The notes beneath the pieces are model-generated. The model did not search any database and was not told the origin of the DNA. It worked only from the letters and a program-made list of their open reading frames with translations. The translations under genes and the position numbers were made by a program. This document shows, piece after piece, positions 53,445-63,600 of a DNA stretch of 64,000 nt. The stretch is from Nanobdellota archaeon (lineage in GTDB: Archaea > Aenigmatarchaeota > Aenigmatarchaeia > QMZP01), in contig JBDRJQ010000029.1 of assembly GCA_043814765.1 (NCBI GenBank), positions 16,821 through 80,820 of the forward strand. The letters run 5' to 3'. How positions within the stretch are numbered: the stretch's first letter is position 1; every line of letters begins with the position of its first letter.

Positions 53445-54188
53445 ATGAAAAGATCTACTGCAGCACATGGATTCAATATTACTAACACACCAAAACATGT
53501 AGGAATAATCCCAGATGGCAATAGAAGATTTGCTAAACGCTTGATGGAAAATCCATGGAAAGGCCACGAATGGGGCAATGATAAGATGAAAAAAGTCTTT
53601 GGGTGGTGCAAAGAGTGCGGCATCAAGCACATGACTTTTTACACTCTCTCCAAGGAAAATTTAAACAAAAGGCCTAAGAAAGAAATGGATTTTCTTTTAA
53701 AATTGGCTCACGGAGAAGTAAAGGAAATGATTCATGATAAAAACCATTTCACTAACAAAAACAAGGTTAAAGTGACTTTTTTTGGCAGACTTGACTTGCT
53801 TCCAAAGGAATTGAGTCTTGACATGAAAAGAGCAATGAAGCTAACAAAAAACAATAACAGATTCACAATGAATTTTGCTGTCGCATATGGCGGAAGACAA
53901 GAAATAGTTGATATGACCAAGAATGTTGCAAGGGCTGTTTCAAGTGGAAGATTGAACCCTGAAAAGATAACAGAAGATATTATTAAAAGCAATTTGTATA
54001 TAAACGGTGTGCCTGATCCAGATTTGATAATAAGAACAAGCGAGAGAAGACTCAGCGGTTTCTTGTTATGGCAGTCTGCCTATGCAGAATTTGCCTTCAT
54101 TGACACTCTATGGCCAGAATTAACAAAAAAACAGTTTGTAGACGTAATTAAGGATTATTCCAAGAGGCACAGAAGGTTTGGAAAGTGA
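53445..54188 (+). CDS. uppS: cis-Prenyltransferase (undecaprenyl-diphosphate synthase family)
   Basis: HVGIIPDGNRRFAK, AVAYGGRQEIV, IRTSERRLSGFLLWQSAYAEF blocks. Confidence 0.9.
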   Translation: MKRSTAAHGFNITNTPKHVGIIPDGNRRFAKRLMENPWKGHEWGNDKMKKVFGWCKECGIKHMTFYTLSKENLNKRPKKEMDFLLKLAHGEVKEMIHDKNHFTNKNKVKVTFFGRLDLLPKELSLDMKRAMKLTKNNNRFTMNFAVAYGGRQEIVDMTKNVARAVSSGRLNPEKITEDIIKSNLYINGVPDPDLIIRTSERRLSGFLLWQSAYAEFAFIDTLWPELTKKQFVDVIKDYSKRHRRFGK

Positions 54189-54215
54189 TTTAAAGCTTTA
54201 CACATTTAATAAAAC

Positions 54216-54446
54216 ATGTCTGTATGCTATCTGTTTGTAAGCAAAAAAGAAGCTGAAGAATCGGGCTTTGATATAAATTCTTTAGAGTTTGATGGATACT
54301 GGCCTGCAATAACCAACATTCGTAATTATAAGTTAAAGGATTGTCATTTATTCAGATCAACTGACATTGATAGTGAGGAATTCAAAAAATTGGATTCCAA
54401 TCCAGAATATAAGAAAATTACACTCTGGCAACTGAATTCATTATAA
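54216..54446 (+). CDS. Hypothetical protein (76 aa)
   Basis: ORF in an otherwise empty interval. No family recognised. Confidence 0.35.
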   Translation: MSVCYLFVSKKEAEESGFDINSLEFDGYWPAITNIRNYKLKDCHLFRSTDIDSEEFKKLDSNPEYKKITLWQLNSL

Positions 54447-54552
54447 CCGTTAACTATATATATACTATTCGCATATTTGTTACTATTGAAGTTACTATAC
54501 AGCTGGGGTGACGCCTGTCGCTCGGGCTGTTTATGAAGGAAAAGGTGATAAT

Positions 54553-55827
54553 ATGGCAGAAAAGCCACATATGAACATTATAACAGCAGGTCATGTCGAC
54601 CATGGTAAGTCAACATTGATAGGCCGATTGCTGTTTGATTCTGGTGCAATACCAGAACAAGAATTAAGAAAATTAAAAGAAAAGGCAAAAGAGCTTAAGA
54701 AAGAAACATTCGAATTCGCTTTTGTTATGGATAATTTGAAAGAAGAAAGAGAGCGAGGTGTTACAATAGACCTGATGTACAAAGGATTTGATACAGACAA
54801 GTATTACTTCACTATAATTGATTGCCCAGGCCACAAGGACTTTATTAAAAACATGATAACAGGGGCCTCACAAGCAGATGGCGGAATACTTATTGTATCT
54901 GCAAAAGATGGTATACAGGAACAGACAAAAGAACATCTGTATCTTTCAAAGGTTCTTGGAATTAACCAGTTAATTGTAGCTGTTAACAAAATGGATGCAG
55001 TGAACTGGGACGAGTCCAAGTTCAAAGAAATTAAAGATGCTGTAAGCAAGCTTTTGACTTCGGTTGGTTACAAACTCGAAAAAATTCCTTTCGTACCGGT
55101 ATCAGCTTATCAAGGGGATAACGTATTCAAGAAATCAAGTAATATTGGTTGGTACAAGGGACCAACACTGTTCGAGGCTTTGGACCAAACATTTAGTCCT
55201 CCTGAAAAGCCTACAGACAAGCCATTGAGAATGCCTATCCAAGATGCATACAGCATTACTGGTGTAGGTACAGTGCCTGTAGGTAGGGTTGAGACTGGTG
55301 TATTGAGGCCAGGAGACAAGATTGTCTTCAAGCCAAGCGGTGCAACTGGCGAAGTAAAATCCATTGAAATGCATCACAAGGAATTACCAAAGGCAGAGCC
55401 TGGTGACAACGTTGGTTTCAATATCAGAGGTGTTTCAAAAAAGGACATTAAAAGAGGAGACGTTGTAGGTCACTTGGACAATCCACCAACAGTTGCAAAA
55501 GAGTTCACAGGACAGATAATCGTACTTCAGCACCCAACAGTCATCACAAAGGGTTACACACCTGTATTTCACGCACACACAGCACACGTTGCATGCAAGA
55601 TAATTGAGATTGTGAAGAAAATCGATCCAAAAACAGGTGCAACAATACAGGACAATCCAGACATGCTGAAATCTGGCGACGCTGCTATAATCAAGGTTCA
55701 ACCAATGCAGCCATTGTCAATAGAGAAACAATCTGAATTTCCACAACTTGCAAAGTTCGCAATAAGGGACATGGGAAAAACAGTTGCAGCTGGTATTGTA
55801 ATCGATTTGGTTAAAGCTGATAAATAG
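54553..55827 (+). CDS. tuf: Translation elongation factor EF-1alpha (aEF1A)
   Basis: [18 protein letters not shown] and NKMD GTPase motifs. The start was set at the ATG preceded by AAGGTGAT. The ORF track starts upstream at 54508. Confidence 0.97.
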   Translation: MAEKPHMNIITAGHVDHGKSTLIGRLLFDSGAIPEQELRKLKEKAKELKKETFEFAFVMDNLKEERERGVTIDLMYKGFDTDKYYFTIIDCPGHKDFIKNMITGASQADGGILIVSAKDGIQEQTKEHLYLSKVLGINQLIVAVNKMDAVNWDESKFKEIKDAVSKLLTSVGYKLEKIPFVPVSAYQGDNVFKKSSNIGWYKGPTLFEALDQTFSPPEKPTDKPLRMPIQDAYSITGVGTVPVGRVETGVLRPGDKIVFKPSGATGEVKSIEMHHKELPKAEPGDNVGFNIRGVSKKDIKRGDVVGHLDNPPTVAKEFTGQIIVLQHPTVITKGYTPVFHAHTAHVACKIIEIVKKIDPKTGATIQDNPDMLKSGDAAIIKVQPMQPLSIEKQSEFPQLAKFAIRDMGKTVAAGIVIDLVKADK

Positions 55828-55856
55828 AGGGCATTCGCCCTTCTTTTTTTCTTTTT
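55828..55856 (+). terminator. Hairpin plus T-rich tract after tuf
   Basis: AGGGC-ATTC-GCCCT is followed by TCTTTTTTTCTTTTT. Confidence 0.5.
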
Positions 55857-55879
55857 ATCTTTGTCAATTAATAGGTATA

Positions 55880-56245
55880 TTAGAAGAATTCTTTGCCTGA
55901 ATCAACTTCATATGTACTCATATTTTTTTGGTGTTCAAAATTATATATTTTGGTTATGATAAATTTTCCTGAAGTGGTTTTCTTTTTCGCATCAATCGTT
56001 TGTTTAATTATATGACAATGACCCCAATACAACCATTTTCCATTAATATTATGCACTAGAAAAACTCTCGTAGGTGCAAGATGGTATATTCTCATGTTAG
56101 GTTTATCATGAAAAGAGAATATTTTACCTTTGAAATCACTAGATTTAAATGGTTTCTTAAGATGTTTTTCTAATGTCAATTCTTTAGGAAATCCCTGTTC
56201 AGAAGTTATCTGCAGAGTATCGTTTAATTCTATATAACTGCCCAT
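55880..56245 (-). CDS. Hypothetical protein (121 aa)
   Basis: Clean ORF with normal composition. No family recognised. Confidence 0.5.
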   Translation of the reverse strand: MGSYIELNDTLQITSEQGFPKELTLEKHLKKPFKSSDFKGKIFSFHDKPNMRIYHLAPTRVFLVHNINGKWLYWGHCHIIKQTIDAKKKTTSGKFIITKIYNFEHQKNMSTYEVDSGKEFF

Positions 56246-56298
56246 AAGAGTGGTTTAATTTATGTATTAATAAATCAAACTAGAGAATTACTATACAT

Positions 56299-56499
56299 GC
56301 CGAGGTGGCGGAATGGTTAACGCGCACGACTGGAAGAAACTTTTTTGAAAAAGGTTTCATCAAAAAAGGAGGCTGACGCCTTCCAGAAAAACGGAAATCG
56401 TGTGTCCGAAAGGGCGTGCAGGTTCAAAGCAACCCTTTTCGGTGCGAGACAAACAAAAGGTCTGCACCCCAAAAGGAAGTGAAAATCCTGTCCTCGGCG
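56299..56499 (+). tRNA. tRNA-Ser (GGA) with anticodon-loop and T-loop introns
   Basis: Acceptor GCCGAGG/CCTCGGC plus G73. D-arm GCG-GAATGGTTAA-CGC. Anticodon stem CACGA/TCGTG with loop CTGGAA-intron(56336-56396)-A. Variable arm TGTCCGAAAGGGCGT. The T-arm GCAGG-TTCAAA/T-CCTGT is interrupted by about 57 nt (56429-56485). A T-run follows. Confidence 0.8.
56337..56386 (+). repeat. Copy E of the hairpin + AAAAGGAGG module (inside the tRNA-Ser anticodon-loop intron)
   Basis: Sequence AAACTTTTTTGAAAAAGGTTTCATCAAAAAAGGAGGCTGACGCCTTCCAG. Confidence 0.8.
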
Positions 56500-56528
56500 T
56501 TTTTATTTCTTATGATTAATTGTACTGT

Positions 56529-56912
56529 ATGAAAGCGAACAGAAATGATACGCATCTTAATTTGACACTAGACTTCAATGACTGTTGTTTGTTAAGAAGA
56601 GGCGAAGAGCTTTATGCTCCAATGACTTATGGTTGGGAAAATAAAGAAACAACAAAAACTGTTGTTTTGAAATACGACTCTGGATTAGAAGGTCAAAATA
56701 GTGTGATTAATTATATTCCAGAAGAGGTGTATGGTTTGGATGAAAAACAGAAAATAGACATAACAATATCAGATTTCTATCTTGATCAATTAGTGTCGCA
56801 AAAATTCACTATTATTAGATACGGTATCAGTAGTGTAGATTTTTATCTGGAGGAAGACATTTCATCAATAGAAGGTCCTAGTGGCTGGTCTCAGCCCAGT
56901 TTGTTCAAATAA
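56529..56912 (+). CDS. Hypothetical protein (127 aa)
   Basis: ORF with normal composition. The first ATG is at 56529, and the ORF track starts at a TTG at 56520. No family recognised. Confidence 0.45.
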   Translation: MKANRNDTHLNLTLDFNDCCLLRRGEELYAPMTYGWENKETTKTVVLKYDSGLEGQNSVINYIPEEVYGLDEKQKIDITISDFYLDQLVSQKFTIIRYGISSVDFYLEEDISSIEGPSGWSQPSLFK

Positions 56913-57410
56913 TCACTTCTCTTTCATTACGCTTTCCAGGAATTTCATGGCCTTGGTTATTTCTTTTGCCAGTTTTTCTCTATTAGCCACTTCTTTTTCT
57001 GGGTTGTTCATTATAGAATTATAAATCTTTATCTTTTCATATAGCCTTTCCAGTTTTGTTCTAATATTTGTTTGAAGGCCTAAAAAATCAGGTGAGTTTA
57101 TTGTAAAAATCCAGATATTTGTTGTTAACTCTATTCTCTTGCTGTCGTTCAGTCTCTTTAAATTTGCTTCCAATTCTCTGTATATTGGATAAAAAACAGT
57201 TTTGGTGTAAATCTTTTTTTCTGATCTGTCCTGAAGATACTTCTGTGCACGGTATGATGCTATATATGTGCCTACAGCAGCTATGACAGAACCGAGCAGA
57301 ATTGTAACAAACGTGGTTGTTTCGGGCATTATATAAATGAAATAGAATCCCATTAAGATTGTAAAGGATAAAACAAGCAGACCATAAAGTATCTCTTTCA
57401 TTGATATCAA
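56913..57410 (-). CDS. Membrane protein (2 N-terminal TM helices plus a helical C-terminal domain)
   Basis: Two hydrophobic helices are followed by a charged helical region. No family recognised. Confidence 0.55.
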   Translation of the reverse strand: MISMKEILYGLLVLSFTILMGFYFIYIMPETTTFVTILLGSVIAAVGTYIASYRAQKYLQDRSEKKIYTKTVFYPIYRELEANLKRLNDSKRIELTTNIWIFTINSPDFLGLQTNIRTKLERLYEKIKIYNSIMNNPEKEVANREKLAKEITKAMKFLESVMKEK

Positions 57411-57643
57411 CCTATATATTATTAATCTTATTATTAATTAAATTTTGACATGCAGACAATGGTGCTATACACGCGTGCACAAGCGCTCTGAGCAAATTCT
57501 AGAGCTCGCTTGCGTTCTTAACGAAGCTGGTATTGTTCTGCAAAAGCCTACAAGAAACTGATGATAAAATGGTTGTTTTAGTGTAGTGGTGTTAGCCAAC
57601 CTAATCTACTGTCTCTCTCCACTTCTTCGAATGCTGAGGCATA

Positions 57644-60600
57644 TTATTTTTTTTCAACCTTATTTTTAATTCTTTTTAAGAAATCGCTTGGTGATTCTGT
57701 TTTTGGTTTGAATGGTTTTGGTGCTGGACTTGGTTTTACTGGAGATGGTTTCGAGACAACGGTCTTTGGTTTAAACTTGCTTACAAAAGGTTTTGGTTCT
57801 CTGTCAGGCCTTGAGAAAATGCCCAGAGGTGCTAAAATCATTAGAAGTGCTACTGCAATTGCTATCATTAGTATTACACTCTCATCGTCTCCTCTGCATC
57901 CTTCATCAACTTCTCCATTACAATTGTCATCAAGACCGTTTGAACATATCTCTTCTTCAGGATAAACAGCGCCTTCACACATGTCTCCCCAAAGCTCGTC
58001 TTCACCGCAAACACTTATTCCTTTAGCACATATGCCAATTCCTGCTTGCTGAGGTCCGCACAATCTTGTATCTCCTGGTATGCAGCAATCTGCATTATCA
58101 TCTATCAAGCCGTTACAATCATCATCAATACCATTGCACAATTCAGTTTTTGGTTCTCCGCCTTCAAAGCATTGACATTTTGTGCCTTCGACACTAAGCT
58201 TGCCGTCAACATTATCTATTATGCCATCACAGTCATCATCAAGACCGTTACAGTAATCATAATCAGGTAGTACAGAGCAGAGTCCCCATAAATTATTGTT
58301 ACAAACACTTATTGATCCTTCACAAACACCTAACTGGTTTTCACATAGATCAGTATCACCTGTTGTACATTTTCTGCTTGAAGCGCCGCCTCCGCCGCCG
58401 CCTCCGCCGCCTCCGCCGCCTCCGCCGCCTCCGCCGCCATCTGGACAGCTACCGCAGTCAGCAGGGCAGGTGGAGCAGGTTTCGTCTCCTGTACACTGTT
58501 CATCGCCACATACGTCGCCATCGCAATCTGTATCGCATTCGCAGTTTCCTGTTCCTAAGGAATTTAAGTCGCATTCTGAACTTATATCGCAGAGACAAAA
58601 TATAGGACAAAGGTCTGGTGTTCCGTCATCATCTTCATCAAGATATTTGCAGCTCCATTTTGGATCACATGCATCATCCTCACACCCAGCTGCATTACTG
58701 TTGCAAACAAAGAATGTCTCACTAGAAGATTTTACTTTATCCGGATTGCTTCCGAATTCGGTTATCTCAACATAAACTTCATACATTTCGTCTAATGCTG
58801 GAGATAATATACTACCATGGCATATTATTATATCATTGTTTGTTGGAGACTGTTCAGCTGTTAATACCTGTTCTGTGTAACTGGAAGCTGAAGAACTCTT
58901 GTAAAATGCTGAACAGGTGCCATCACCATTTGTTCCGAAATTTGCAGATATTCCCACAGGATCACCGCTCTTAAAGAATCTTTCTGTCAAACTGAAACTA
59001 CCAACATAAGACGGTTTGATATCAACGAAATATGGTTCTGATGTATGAGGTCCTTTGTTTCCAGATGTGTCTTGTGCCCAGGTTTCTACGTTATATTGTC
59101 CTCCTTCAACAATGTTATTAAATACGAACTGACAATTTGTTGAGGACATATCTCCTGTATCATAACCTCCTGGACCAGTGACACTTGCCCAGCATTGATA
59201 TATTTGTGTGTATTGTAATGGTAGGTTTGGATCAGGCACAACCGTATCAGAGGATTTTACTCCTATCCAAGCAGAACCATCATAGTTAATTTTGTTGCTG
59301 GAAGGTTCTTCTACTACATTATCTACAACAGGCGCATTATTGTCTAATATTGTAGATGAAAGTATTACACCTTGTATCTGATCTCCTCCACCACTCTGTA
59401 CATTATGCAAATATTCAAATGTTTCACTCAAAAGTGTGTTGTCTGTTGGAATATTTACAATAATTTCAAAATTATCTACCTCATAAGTGATGCTACTATA
59501 TACAAGAATTTGATATTGATCAGAAGTTGGCTCCTGCACGAGCAATGTGAAATCATCTTTATTGGCTCCTGTAAGATAAGCATTAGCAACATCAAGGCCA
59601 ACACCGCCTTGTATGAAATCGCCATTCGTGTTTCCTAAAGTTATACTAGCCAGACCGTTTACCGGTTGATTGTATTGTATGCTTACTGTGTAAGGTATTC
59701 CAATTCTTTCTCTTTGAGAATAAACTACGATAGCGTTTCCTGTATTAGATGCTGTTATTTTAAGAGGTGAAAGATCTGTTGTACCATCATCATATACAAG
59801 ATTGCAATTAATTTTACACTCTTCGTAATCTTGACAATCAATTAATCCGTCCCCATCATTGTCTATGTTATCAGAACAGTCTGCGCTTTCATCGTTTCTA
59901 CAATAATTAACATTGCCACCATTTACACAGTCCGGATCATCACAGTCTATTCCTTCATTACCATCATTATCAAACCCATCGTTACATATTGTTTCAGTAT
60001 CATATTCGCATGTCTGATGATCATAGCTTCCTATATATGAATCACAATCGGTATCTCTGCAATCCATGCAGTTTCCTCCAGGACATTCTGCATTAACATA
60101 ACCACCGCCAGAAGCTATATCATAATCACTATCAAAATTGTCTGCACAAGCATCCCAATCGTTTGTTTCTACTGCAGAACATGGTTTGCACCAGTAAAGA
60201 TCTGATCCTGGATGGTTTTTGTTACATTCAAGGGTATCTTCAGGTGAACCATCTGGTACGAGGTTATCTAAACAATCAATTCTTCCGTCAACATCATTAT
60301 CTACTATATCAGAACACTGATCAGGATATTCTGTGTTTGTGCATCTAACTGCTGGATGGTCTGGATCAGCAACGCCTAAACAATCAGGATCACCACAATC
60401 TATTCCTCCTGGTGGACTGTCCAGATTATCAAGATCGTTATCTGTATCATCGAAACACCATTCTGGATGAGCTAAACCGTTAATGTCGTACAACTCGCTT
60501 GTTGGGCAGTATTGAGAACCTTTACAGTCATAATCATCACAGTCCGCATCATCGGCATATGATAAACTAAATTGGCTAAAGTAATCATTATATGAAGTTG

Positions 60601-63600
60601 CATCCCAGCCTGCATGTGGATGTCCAGGATCCTCATGATCAAAATCGTTATCAAAGCTGTCATCGCATGTTGTTTCTGTGCCCAGTTCGCAAACGTGTCC
60701 AGCGATGTCTATTATTTCTTGATCACAGTCCTCGTCTGGATAATTTTCTAGCCAAGCGCAATCCATACCCGTTAAAGTTACTTCATCCTGTATTCTGTAT
60801 CCTGAAAGTCCGCCTGTTGTTGTTACCCACTTATCCCAATCATTATCTATATTATCGTCACAATCCAATCCTAATTCAGAATCTTTAATGTTGTTTCTAC
60901 AGAAAGTTGCGCAATCATATTCTGCATCGTCGTAAGTGCCGCCAGCAACTATGTTGCAATCGAATCTGTTGTAGTGATCGTTATCGTATAAATTTGTTAA
61001 TGAACATTCGGTTTCAGTTAAATAATTACATGCCCTCGGCAAGTTATTGAACTTATCAGTTGGTCCCAATTTGGTATTGCAAGCATCATCTCTGCAGTCA
61101 GGAAGCATGATTGTTGCACTTGGGTTCAAATGACCTTGTGTTAAGTCTTCTGTGGCCCAATCGTTATTGTATCTATCATCACAGGTTATTTCTTCTGTGT
61201 ACTCACATATTTTTCCATTGCCATATCCTCCTGTGGAACCCCCTATATATGGGTTTACTGCAGGTGGTCCTACTTCAAGATTACAATTAACATCATAACA
61301 ATCGTAACTTGATTGGTCAAAAGAGTTTTGCTCGTTACCTATTTTATTCAAGTAATCAAAATCATTATTTAATGCATCACTGCATGCTGACCAAGCAACT
61401 CCTTGAACATTAATTTCAACATTATCTTCTTCTTCGTTGCTCATCTGGTTGTCGCATTCTCCTGATAACTCATCACAGAAGTATAAAGTTATGGTTTGGG
61501 TATCATCGATGCATGTCGGATTACAATACGTAACTGTTATATCTATGCCATAACTTCTTGAATAATCAATTCCATCAGGATCTTCAAACTCTATTTCTAC
61601 AGTCGTGTCTAAATTCTGTATTGGATCGCTTGCATCTGATGATTTTATTACAAATTTATTTGGGAAAGTTTGCCATGCATCTCCAACGTTATTGCTTAAA
61701 TAATCTGCCTCTACTGTTGGCTGATCTGCTGGAGTGGCACTCTTAAAGAAAAGCATTTTTCCTGTTTGGCTTGTTTCGCCTGAAGAATATTTATGTACGC
61801 TCTTTATTTCAGGGAAACCTGTTCCAGGAGAGCCTTCTGCTATTATTCCAAGCATTGCATTTATTCCCCACTTTTTAAACCTAATTTTGAATTTTCCTTT
61901 GTTAGGGGTTCCTTGATCGTCCTCTGCTTTTGGATTTGAATGCTGGGTCCATATAACATCTATTCCTCCTGTTGTAGCACTTGATGTCCAGCTATCTATG
62001 TTTCCTACGTCAGGAACAGGAGATTTTGTGGCCAATGAAATAGAACCTGATGGCGAGTAATTAGGGTCTCTGCATTTACTTTCTATACAAAGTTCTGGTG
62101 GATTACATTCACTGTTATCACTGCATTCTGTAAGAGTTGATATTAAATCAAGTTTTGGAATCCAATCATATGTTATGCCACGACAATCAAAGTCCTGACC
62201 GTAGCATGCATCGCCAGGCACGCAGTCTAAACAGTAATCTGCACAACCGTCTTGATCATCATCTATACCGTCGTTGCATTTCTGTTCAACAAGAGTTCCT
62301 GCGTAATATCGACTGGCTAATTCAACATCACCGCTGTAATCGCACTGTATTGTATTGAACAAGAATTCTTGAGCTTGTTTGTTGTAGCCCAAACCAGCTC
62401 TAAATATTTCTCCAGTAACCCATGGATAAGGATCATGTGTATGTATTCTCCAGTTAATATAATCTATTTTATCATTGCCTCCTGAGTCTCCTGTCACATA
62501 ACAGTTATCTATTTCCCAAGGTATCCAGTTATCAGCAAATGTACAACCAACAGTATCATCAGTTGGACATCCTCCAGGAGGATAGCTAGAAACTTGTCTT
62601 CTTATTGAATCTGAATCCACTATATCATAATGAACACTATCAGTTCCACTATCATAGTTTTGTGTTAAAATTTTCTCTACATTTATAACACTGCAACCAG
62701 GTATTTTTTCGTCCGGATCAGTCGCATGATTATCATCGTAACAGTCAGATTGTTTTATTTCACAGCCTATGGTTGCACCACTGTTAGCAACTAGATTTCC
62801 AAAGTAAATATCAAATCCATACTTCAGATTCTGTACTGATGTGAATCCTGTGTTAAGAGGATCGTTTGGATTGTCAACGTATATTCCCTGTGGGAATATA
62901 TAATCTTCATTTCCTTCGCAAAGTAATGGATCGTCTATTATTCCGTTGCAATCGTTGTCTAAACCATCACCGCATATTTCTCCTACTGGACATTGTTCAT
63001 TGCCGCATAATCCCCACATGCCCTCAGAGTCACATGTTCTTGTACCGCTATGACATTCTCCAATTGGAAGAGGATCCCAATACTCTGAACAAGTACCACA
63101 ATTCCCTGTTTCACCAGTTGTACATTCGTCACAGTAATCTTCAAAACAACACTGTTCACCATTATTACCCCACCAAGGTATATTTCCACCAGTTGAACAG
63201 AAATTGTCAGGCTCGCCAAAAGGTGGACACACAATACCACCAACATCTTCAATGCTGCAAGTACATGAAGGATCTTCGTCATCTAATCCGTCTATTTTAG
63301 TATCACAGTCGTTGTCTTCGCCATCTTTACACTGTTCAACAGCTCCTGGGTTCTTACATATTGCACACGTTGATGTTAACGGACTACAATCTCCTTTGAT
63401 AACTGGACAACTTGATGGATCGTCGTTTATATCATCATCGCAATCATACTCTGTGTAGCCAGTGCAAATATAGGTTGGGTTCGTACTGGATTGTGGGAAG
63501 TATCCATCAAAGTCTTTGTCGAAGAAGAAATCATCAACATCATCTCCGTTGCTGTCATAACCTTCATCAATCAGTCCATCGCAGTCATCGTCTTGATTGT

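Noticed and set aside
57556-57636. A C/D-box sRNA (CTGATGA ... CTGA) upstream of ORF 56913
   Set aside because: Box spacing is about 70 nt with no internal D'/C' boxes, and no terminal stem is present. The motifs are short enough to occur by chance.
58296-58775. 159-aa plus-strand ORF containing a poly-Pro run, plus the Arg/Leu-repeat ORF at 58312-58605
   Set aside because: They are the antisense reading of the GGN microsatellite and Cys-rich region of the giant gene, so they are an artefact of the repeat.
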